Virus record (IMG/VR): IMGVR_UViG_3300044991_001466
Reading direction: 5' to 3' (one strand)
Origin: a virus
Taxonomy: Duplodnaviria; Caudoviricetes
Length of the DNA stretch: 64,000 bases
The position numbers were made by a program, and so were the translations under genes. Below the pieces are notes generated by a model. That model worked only from the letters and a program-made list of their open reading frames with translations. It was not told where the DNA came from and searched no databases. Of the stretch, positions 57,818 through 64,000 are shown in pieces (within the stretch, counting starts at the first letter, position 1; each line of letters starts with the position of its first letter).

Positions 57818-58518
57818 TAAGGATATATTACCACATATATGTCATTGATGGCGTTGAATCTATAATAAATGAACAACTGACATTAATAAAAAAATACATT
57901 AATCAACCATATTCATTAACTATTGGCATCTCAGTATCAGAAAATAATAATTCAGTAGACGATATGATTAAATTAATTTATGGGTATGATTCAAAAATTA
58001 TAATCGGTGATACTAAATTAATGGGTAACGAGTTTATAACATTAAATTTAATAGAAAGAGATAAATCATCATTTGATGACACTGACTACATTTTGTATTT
58101 ACACACAAAGGGAGCTTCTAAACAAATGAATTCCGAATCTATCCGATGGAGAAATGTAATGCAATTACATAATATTCAATATATTGATAACGTATTTGGA
58201 ATTTTGGATAATGAAGTTTTTAACACATATGGTTTTTTATTAGAAGTAGTAAGTAACCCTACAAATATAATGTACTCTGGTAATTTTTGGTGGATGACCG
58301 GACAATACGCTAAAACAATAGACATAAGTAATGTTGATATTACAAATAGATGTAATGCAGAGTTACAATATATTCAAATGGGAACGGATTGGAAACCCTA
58401 TTCAATAATTAGAAAGGGAGATAATTGGAAACCTTATTCATACTTTATTAAGGACAAAGGGGGGGGGATAGAAAAACGTAATATTAACACAAAATTAAGT
58501 TTTAATAAATTAATATAA
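57814..58518 (+). CDS. Putative glycosyltransferase-like protein
   Basis: YYHI, YILYLHTKG, YSGNFWW, R..AE..I motifs; ends NKLI. Confidence 0.5.
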   Translation: MIRIYYHIYVIDGVESIINEQLTLIKKYINQPYSLTIGISVSENNNSVDDMIKLIYGYDSKIIIGDTKLMGNEFITLNLIERDKSSFDDTDYILYLHTKGASKQMNSESIRWRNVMQLHNIQYIDNVFGILDNEVFNTYGFLLEVVSNPTNIMYSGNFWWMTGQYAKTIDISNVDITNRCNAELQYIQMGTDWKPYSIIRKGDNWKPYSYFIKDKGGGIEKRNINTKLSFNKLI

Positions 58519-58528
58519 TTATGAATAT

Positions 58529-59332
58529 ATGGACCCGTTAAAATATTGGACGTTAGATGGATTTGAAATATCATCATTTAAGTTTAATTTAAATGAAAGA
58601 AAGGGAAAGACGTATAAAACATGCGGTTCCGATGGTACTGGCTTGTGTAGCTATGCCTATAATGAATTAGGATTTAGGGGAGATAGTGTAAAAAAAGAGG
58701 GATTTAAAGTAATGTCATTAGGTTGTTCTCATACCGAAGGTGTCGGTGTTAATTACAATGATATGTGGTCAACACGATTTACAAATCGTATACCCAATGG
58801 TGTTAATATGAATTTTGGTACAGGTGGTAGAAGTAATGATTTTATTACTAGATGTCTATTAACATATTACGATGTGGTAAAACCTGATTTGGTATTAATA
58901 ATGTATACATCACCATTAAGAAGAGAAATATACACAAAAGATGGTAATATAGAACCATTTATTCCCGCTCGTTCATGGGGATATATGGGTGAAACTGAAG
59001 ACGGTAAACAAACACAAAGTTATTTAACTGAATTACAAAATGATAATGAAGATTTAATTAATTGGTATAAAAATCATCAACTAATAAAATTATTCTTAGA
59101 AACTAAAAATTGTAATTGGATTTGGAATGGGTCGTTTGGTATACCAAGTGAATTTAAAGAGCCTAACAGATTTGATGGTGAATATCAAATTTTTATCGAT
59201 AAGGGTGTTGAAGGGGGACATGCTGGCCCCGAACAAAATAAAAGTTATGCAAATAAATTATACGACTTCATAACTGAAAATTTCCCAAATTACATAAATG
59301 TTTTATCAAAAAATAAACAAAGTTTGATTTGA
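58529..59332 (+). CDS. SGNH/GDSL-like protein
   Basis: YNELGFRG, LGCSHTEGVG, NFGTGGRSN, GHAGP; ends QSLI. Confidence 0.7.
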   Translation: MDPLKYWTLDGFEISSFKFNLNERKGKTYKTCGSDGTGLCSYAYNELGFRGDSVKKEGFKVMSLGCSHTEGVGVNYNDMWSTRFTNRIPNGVNMNFGTGGRSNDFITRCLLTYYDVVKPDLVLIMYTSPLRREIYTKDGNIEPFIPARSWGYMGETEDGKQTQSYLTELQNDNEDLINWYKNHQLIKLFLETKNCNWIWNGSFGIPSEFKEPNRFDGEYQIFIDKGVEGGHAGPEQNKSYANKLYDFITENFPNYINVLSKNKQSLI

Positions 59333-59357
59333 CATTCTAACTTATTTTCATTATATT
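59329..59357 (+). promoter_or_regulatory. Putative promoter
   Basis: TTGACA-N17-TATATT, 7 nt before ATG 59365. Confidence 0.7.
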
Positions 59358-59364
59358 ATGATAT

Positions 59365-62100
59365 ATGAAAATATTAGCTCACACATGTTTTATTGGAGTA
59401 ACAGGATATGCTAATCACGCAAAGTCCTTTTTTTGTGCTCTGAACAAATACCACACAGTAAAGGTTAGAAATTCAACGGTAGGTAGTGGATGGAAAGGGA
59501 TGAATGACACTCCACACGATAATGAGACCTATATAACCAACGAAATGAAGGATATGTTAATCCTTCAAACCCTTAACAATTCGGACGGTAGTAGGTCAGA
59601 TTACCCCATTTATGGGTATGATGGTGGATTTAAACCGGATGTTCACATTGTTTTGGTGGACACTAATAACTATTATTTCTATGAAAATTATGAGGGATAT
59701 AAAATAGCATATAATGTTTGGGAATCAACACGTTATCCTGATGATTTCTTTCAAAGATTACATTACTTTGATGAAGTATGGGTACCAACCCAATGGCAAT
59801 TTGATTGTTTAGTTGAACAGGGTTACCCATCACATAAAATATCAATCGTTCCTGAGGGAGTTGATGTGGAGACATTTAAACCGTTAACTGAATTCCCGAA
59901 AAGAGATAAGAAAAGATTTGTGTTGTTTGGTAGATGGGAGTGGAGAAAAGGAACCACTGAAATATTACAAGCATTTGCAGAAGAGTTCAAAGACCAAGAT
60001 GATATTGAGTTAATCGCATCAGTTGAGAACCCATATCCATCGGATGGTCTTAAGACCACTGAAGAAAGAATTAAACATTACGGTATCGACACCAAGAACA
60101 TTAAGTTTGTTAAGTTTCCATTACAAACCGAATATGTTAATTATTTACAAACGGCCCATGCTTTTATTTCTTGTGCAAGAAGTGAAGGTTGGAATTTACC
60201 ATTGATTGAGGCCATGGCTTGTGGAACACCATCTTTATATTCAAATTGGGGAGGACAATTACAATTTACATTAGATAAAGGTGTACCGGTTTCAATTAAA
60301 GGATTAACTCCCGCTAATCACGAACACAAAGATTTCCCTGGTGAATATTGTGAACCTGATTGGGAAGATTTAAGATTTAAAATGCGTCAAGCTTATGATT
60401 ATGATACTGCAATGTGGATTACATCAAACGCAGACTCAAAAAGAATTCATAAAGATTTTAATTGGGATACAATAGCGAAAGGTGCGTGTAAAATCCTTGA
60501 AAATAAGTTTGATGATTTTGCTTTCATAACAACAGGCAACATTGGTTATATGCCGGTGATTGAAAAGTTAGTTCAATCACTATTAGAATTTTCTAAACGT
60601 AAGATTATAGTATATGGTATCGATTGTGAGGTTCCATTTGATTATCCAAATATCATTAAAAGAACTATAACAACACAAAAGATATCAGAACATGATAAAT
60701 GGTATTGGAAACAAATGGCGTGTATTGAATCAGTTAATGAAGGTTTTGATAACTACGTTTGGATGGATGGAGATGTTGTTGTCAACTATAACGTTGACGA
60801 TATTAAAAAATATTTCTCAGAAATTGAAAACTACCCAATATCCGATATACACGTACAAGAAGAATTTTTTGGTTGGTATGATGATGGAAAAAATTCGCAA
60901 CTATTCAACGAACAAGTTGCAAATGATTGGGGGGTAGAAAAACAACAACCATATATGCATGTTTGTATGTATGTCTATAATAAAGAATGTAAATGGTGGT
61001 TTGAAGAAATTATAAGTCATTACGTGAAAGTTATGAAGGATGGAGGTAAAGATTACAAACGTCTATACCTATGGAATGATGAAGGTATTGATAATGCGAT
61101 GAGATGGAAGTATAATTTTAAAAAACATTTACCACTATCGAACTTTGATACATCATCCTATGATGGTGATGATGGAATGACAGATGAAACACAACATCAT
61201 TTCTTAAAGTTTTGGAACGAGGAAGGTCCACAGAATTTCAATAGAGTATTTGGATATCAAGCAATACCTAAAGATAAAAATCAAATTTTATATTTCCACG
61301 GTAATAAGAATGCCGATATGTCTGATTTCATGATGAATTTTATCAAAATGAAACGTGACGATAGTTTCTATAAATCAGAACAATTCTACACATCATTAGA
61401 TGTTAATACATATAAGTTAGAGAACTTAGGTGACATCAAGGATGTACAAGGAGGTACTATGGAAATTGCCGATAAGTATGGATGGGCTCGAGCAATTTAT
61501 CATGAGATTTTTAATTTACACGATTACTATAAAGGTGGTAATGAAAGAAGAATAAACGAAGGTGATGTTGTAGTTGATTTAGGTGGTAATATGGGAATCT
61601 TTAATAGATGGGCTTATCATCAAGGGGCAAGTAAAGTAATTTCATTTGAACCGGATAGAAGATATTTTAAATTACTTTCACTTAATGCAGACCCACGTTC
61701 AATATTGTTCAACGCAGCCGTTGCTCACGAAATGGGAGAACTTAATTTATTTGAGAGTACTCACTTAGGTGGATCAAATGTTTTTGGAATTGAAGGTCAG
61801 GATGGGTATAGTGTTAAAACATACACTTTAGATTATCTTTTTGAAAGTGGTTTAATTGACCATATTGATTTTCTTAAAGTTGATATTGAAGGTGCGGAAT
61901 ATGCGGCATTTGCAGGTATCAGTGATGAGAACTTACAAAAAGTTAAAACCATTGCTATGGAATATCATAATAGTCATTTTAATTTTGATGATGAATTAAG
62001 ATCAAACTTCATTAAAAAAATGAACGGATTAGGGTTTAATTCATACCTATTATTTATGGGAAACAATAACGCTTTACAAATGATATATTTTTGGAAATGA
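59365..62100 (+). CDS. Three-domain fusion: GT4 glycosyltransferase + GT-A-like domain + FkbM methyltransferase
   Basis: GRWEWRKG and RSEGWNLPLIEAMACGTP (GT4); WMDGD...DEG...FHGNK (GT-A-like); VVVDLGGNMG..SFEP..IDFLKVDIEGAEY (FkbM). Confidence 0.85.
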   Translation: MKILAHTCFIGVTGYANHAKSFFCALNKYHTVKVRNSTVGSGWKGMNDTPHDNETYITNEMKDMLILQTLNNSDGSRSDYPIYGYDGGFKPDVHIVLVDTNNYYFYENYEGYKIAYNVWESTRYPDDFFQRLHYFDEVWVPTQWQFDCLVEQGYPSHKISIVPEGVDVETFKPLTEFPKRDKKRFVLFGRWEWRKGTTEILQAFAEEFKDQDDIELIASVENPYPSDGLKTTEERIKHYGIDTKNIKFVKFPLQTEYVNYLQTAHAFISCARSEGWNLPLIEAMACGTPSLYSNWGGQLQFTLDKGVPVSIKGLTPANHEHKDFPGEYCEPDWEDLRFKMRQAYDYDTAMWITSNADSKRIHKDFNWDTIAKGACKILENKFDDFAFITTGNIGYMPVIEKLVQSLLEFSKRKIIVYGIDCEVPFDYPNIIKRTITTQKISEHDKWYWKQMACIESVNEGFDNYVWMDGDVVVNYNVDDIKKYFSEIENYPISDIHVQEEFFGWYDDGKNSQLFNEQVANDWGVEKQQPYMHVCMYVYNKECKWWFEEIISHYVKVMKDGGKDYKRLYLWNDEGIDNAMRWKYNFKKHLPLSNFDTSSYDGDDGMTDETQHHFLKFWNEEGPQNFNRVFGYQAIPKDKNQILYFHGNKNADMSDFMMNFIKMKRDDSFYKSEQFYTSLDVNTYKLENLGDIKDVQGGTMEIADKYGWARAIYHEIFNLHDYYKGGNERRINEGDVVVDLGGNMGIFNRWAYHQGASKVISFEPDRRYFKLLSLNADPRSILFNAAVAHEMGELNLFESTHLGGSNVFGIEGQDGYSVKTYTLDYLFESGLIDHIDFLKVDIEGAEYAAFAGISDENLQKVKTIAMEYHNSHFNFDDELRSNFIKKMNGLGFNSYLLFMGNNNALQMIYFWK

Positions 62101-62759
62101 GTACATTAAATAATTTGGCTAAAATACACGGAACGGATAAGTCTTCAGATAATCACAATTATTGTGTTAAATATGAAAAGTATTTACCATTTAACAGATA
62201 CGATAAGTTAAACATATTGGAAATTGGTGTCTTAGATGGTAAATCACTATTAACTTGGAAGGATTATTTTTATCGTTCTAATATTTTAGGTGTTGACATT
62301 AATCCTGATTGTAAAAAATATGAAGAACCACGAATCTCTATCGAAATTGGTTCGCAGGATGATGGTAAATTCTTATCAAGAACTTGGCAACAATATGGCC
62401 CATTTGATATGATATTAGATGATGGGTCACATATGAATGAACACGTAATTTATTCATTTGAACATTTATTCGGTTCAGTTAAATCGGGTGGTGTGTACGT
62501 AATTGAGGACGTTGCAACCTCATACTTCCCTTGGTACGGTGGGGGTTTAAATGACCCTAAGAGTATGATGGAATACTTCAAGAAATTGACTGACGACATT
62601 AACTTTAGAGGTGTAGAGAACTTAGATGACCAAGATGCGGTGTGGGATAGGCGTGAAGATAAATTAATACCCTATTCAAGTAAAGTACAACCTGATTGTA
62701 GAACTGATATAGAATCAATAACCTTCCTTAACGGAATTATAATAATAACAAAAAGATAA
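62097..62759 (+). CDS. Class I SAM-dependent (sugar O-)methyltransferase
   Basis: GTDK..HNY, ILEIGV..GKSL..W..YF, GVDIN, DMILDDGSH, GGVYVIEDV; probable ATG 62097 (ATGA overlap). Confidence 0.88.
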   Translation: MSTLNNLAKIHGTDKSSDNHNYCVKYEKYLPFNRYDKLNILEIGVLDGKSLLTWKDYFYRSNILGVDINPDCKKYEEPRISIEIGSQDDGKFLSRTWQQYGPFDMILDDGSHMNEHVIYSFEHLFGSVKSGGVYVIEDVATSYFPWYGGGLNDPKSMMEYFKKLTDDINFRGVENLDDQDAVWDRREDKLIPYSSKVQPDCRTDIESITFLNGIIIITKR

Positions 62760-64000
62760 TGGGATATACACAATTTACTGAAGATGTGTTTGTGGTCGAT
62801 TGCTGGCCAGATAATAAAGATAAAGAAAACGTTTTAAAGAAATTACTAACAAGTTTAAAGGTTTATAATTGTCCAATTATATTATGTGGACATTATCCTG
62901 TAAATCCTGATATTCAAAAATTGGCAGATTATTACATTTACGATTCAAATAACGATGTTTTATTGGAGAAAGATTTTGAAGAGTATGGAGTTAATAGTGA
63001 TAGATGGACTGACATGGGAAACTATAAAATAACCAATAAAGTTGAGTTTCATCATGATTATGCCATTTGGTTAACAATGAAAAACGCATTTAATTTGGTT
63101 AAACAATTAGGAAAAAAATATATTCATTTCTTGGAATACGATAACTTACCCGACGAAACTCAATATCGTCAGGCGTTTATGGAATATATGAGAAGTAACG
63201 ATGCGGTTGTGTACGAATATTCGGAAGGCTCAACCAAAGAAGAAAACCCATACAGTGCAACCTATCTATTTTCAATAAAAACTGATATCGCAATCGAATT
63301 AGTAAGTAAAATTAACAGTAAAGAAGAATACTTTAAAAATAAACCAAATAGATGGCAGTTAGAAAAGGTATTTTATCAAACATTAAAAAGTATCACTAAT
63401 AATATTTTTGTAAGTAAGTACATCGCTAACGATAACGAACTAAACATATTTGCCGCATGGAATAGAAATGGGATTACAAAAAATGGTGCTCGTTTACAAA
63501 CCTATTTAGGTGTGGACGATTTTAATCAACTATATGTTCATTTCATTTCAGGATTTTCAGAGAAACCCGCTAACTTAGATTATTTGGTTGAAATTAATTA
63601 CGGGAGTTTTAAAAAATTCTTAACGGTTAAGAAGGGACAATACATTTTAGAGAAAATTGATGAATATCGTCAAGGACAATCTTTTCAAGTTTTCTATAGA
63701 GGAGTTGAAATTTTTAACCAAGAATTAACAAATGATGTTGAGGAATTTAAAAGAAAAAATAAAGTAATCAAACGTAATAGTGGAATTAATAATAAGAAAA
63801 ATATCATAGCACATTTTGTTGATGGTCCATTTTTAGAAATTAAAGAAGACGGTGATAATTTATACAACGTACAATTCATAAATAAGAAAAACAATAAAAT
63901 TGAATTTGAAATTAATTTAAAGAGTAATCATTGGTGTAGGTCTGCAAAAAAATACTACGTTGATTGGTTAGTTAAGATTAAAGGAATTGATAATGATTTT
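62759..64000 (+). CDS. 3'-truncated multidomain protein; its last 60 or so residues resemble the N-terminal domain of TibC/AAH autotransporter heptosyltransferases (not in ORF track)
   Basis: Hand translation is open for 414 codons to the edge; HFVDGPFLEI...YNVQFIN...NHWCRSAKKYYVDWLVKI parallels TibC YDFNDGARV...WHVRLLD...GWVTSSKKYFVRFRIQV as recalled from memory. Confidence 0.6.
   Translation, partial: MGYTQFTEDVFVVDCWPDNKDKENVLKKLLTSLKVYNCPIILCGHYPVNPDIQKLADYYIYDSNNDVLLEKDFEEYGVNSDRWTDMGNYKITNKVEFHHDYAIWLTMKNAFNLVKQLGKKYIHFLEYDNLPDETQYRQAFMEYMRSNDAVVYEYSEGSTKEENPYSATYLFSIKTDIAIELVSKINSKEEYFKNKPNRWQLEKVFYQTLKSITNNIFVSKYIANDNELNIFAAWNRNGITKNGARLQTYLGVDDFNQLYVHFISGFSEKPANLDYLVEINYGSFKKFLTVKKGQYILEKIDEYRQGQSFQVFYRGVEIFNQELTNDVEEFKRKNKVIKRNSGINNKKNIIAHFVDGPFLEIKEDGDNLYNVQFINKKNNKIEFEINLKSNHWCRSAKKYYVDWLVKIKGIDNDF

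Noticed and set aside
1-64000. Stop-codon reassignment as seen in some large phages
   Set aside because: Genes are full length in code 11, and TAG/TGA close genes at natural ends (e.g. 25665, 55703, 57817, 59332)
1-64000. Eukaryotic or giant-virus (NCLDV) origin suggested by GT7, fibrinogen-like and collagen-like content
   Set aside because: NusG, sigma70-geometry promoters, intrinsic terminators, overlapping start/stop coupling and an S74 fibre chaperone indicate a bacterial virus
24210-64000. Short opposite-strand ORFs of 60-110 aa inside enzyme genes (e.g. 27624-27824, 30387-30635, 46776-46994, 55286-55594, 63694-63894)
   Set aside because: Fully nested in well-supported genes, no motifs, composition typical of antisense reading
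1-64000. tRNA, rRNA or riboswitch genes
   Set aside because: Intergenic gaps are short (at most about 150 nt) and none shows a cloverleaf or a recognisable conserved RNA motif by eye; a covariance-model scan would be needed to exclude them formally

Overview
AT-rich, densely coding 64-kb segment that most likely comes from a very large tailed dsDNA phage. This is an inference: no capsid, terminase or polymerase gene lies in the window, but there are tail-fibre genes with an S74 chaperone, coupled TAATG/ATGA gene junctions, sigma70-geometry promoters and intrinsic terminators. It uses the standard code 11 and shows essentially no Shine-Dalgarno sites, which is compatible with a Bacteroidota-like host. 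Layout: (1) 1-6.9 kb holds small hypotheticals, an Hc1/histone-H1-like protein missed by the ORF track, a Dam-type methylase, NusG, an AAA+ ATPase, thioredoxin and glutaredoxin. (2) 7.0-24.2 kb is a virion fibre/adhesin module: four large proteins with long Pro-free Gly-X-Y (GTS/GSS) blocks, then a cassette of small lectin-like heads (LamG, fibrinogen-like). (3) 24.2-64 kb is a roughly 40-kb glycan/small-molecule tailoring island: three GT7 enzymes with inserted LamG domains, GT2/GT4/GT10-like enzymes, six SGNH proteins, three radical SAM enzymes, a nucleotide-sugar block with a minimal ThDP enzyme, a carbamoyltransferase, APS kinase, sulfotransferases, methyltransferases and a TibC/AAH-like domain cut off at the window edge. 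The most unusual observations are a permuted ATP-grasp-Hint fusion predicted to cleave only at its C-terminus and release a 38-aa 6-Cys/8-Tyr peptide, a shared C-terminal K/N-x-[LIF]-I tag on the unrelated enzymes that follow it, and the pairing of Ser-Gly-rich fibres with a proteoglycan-like glycosylation and sulfation toolkit. All family assignments come from motif recognition by eye, not database searches.
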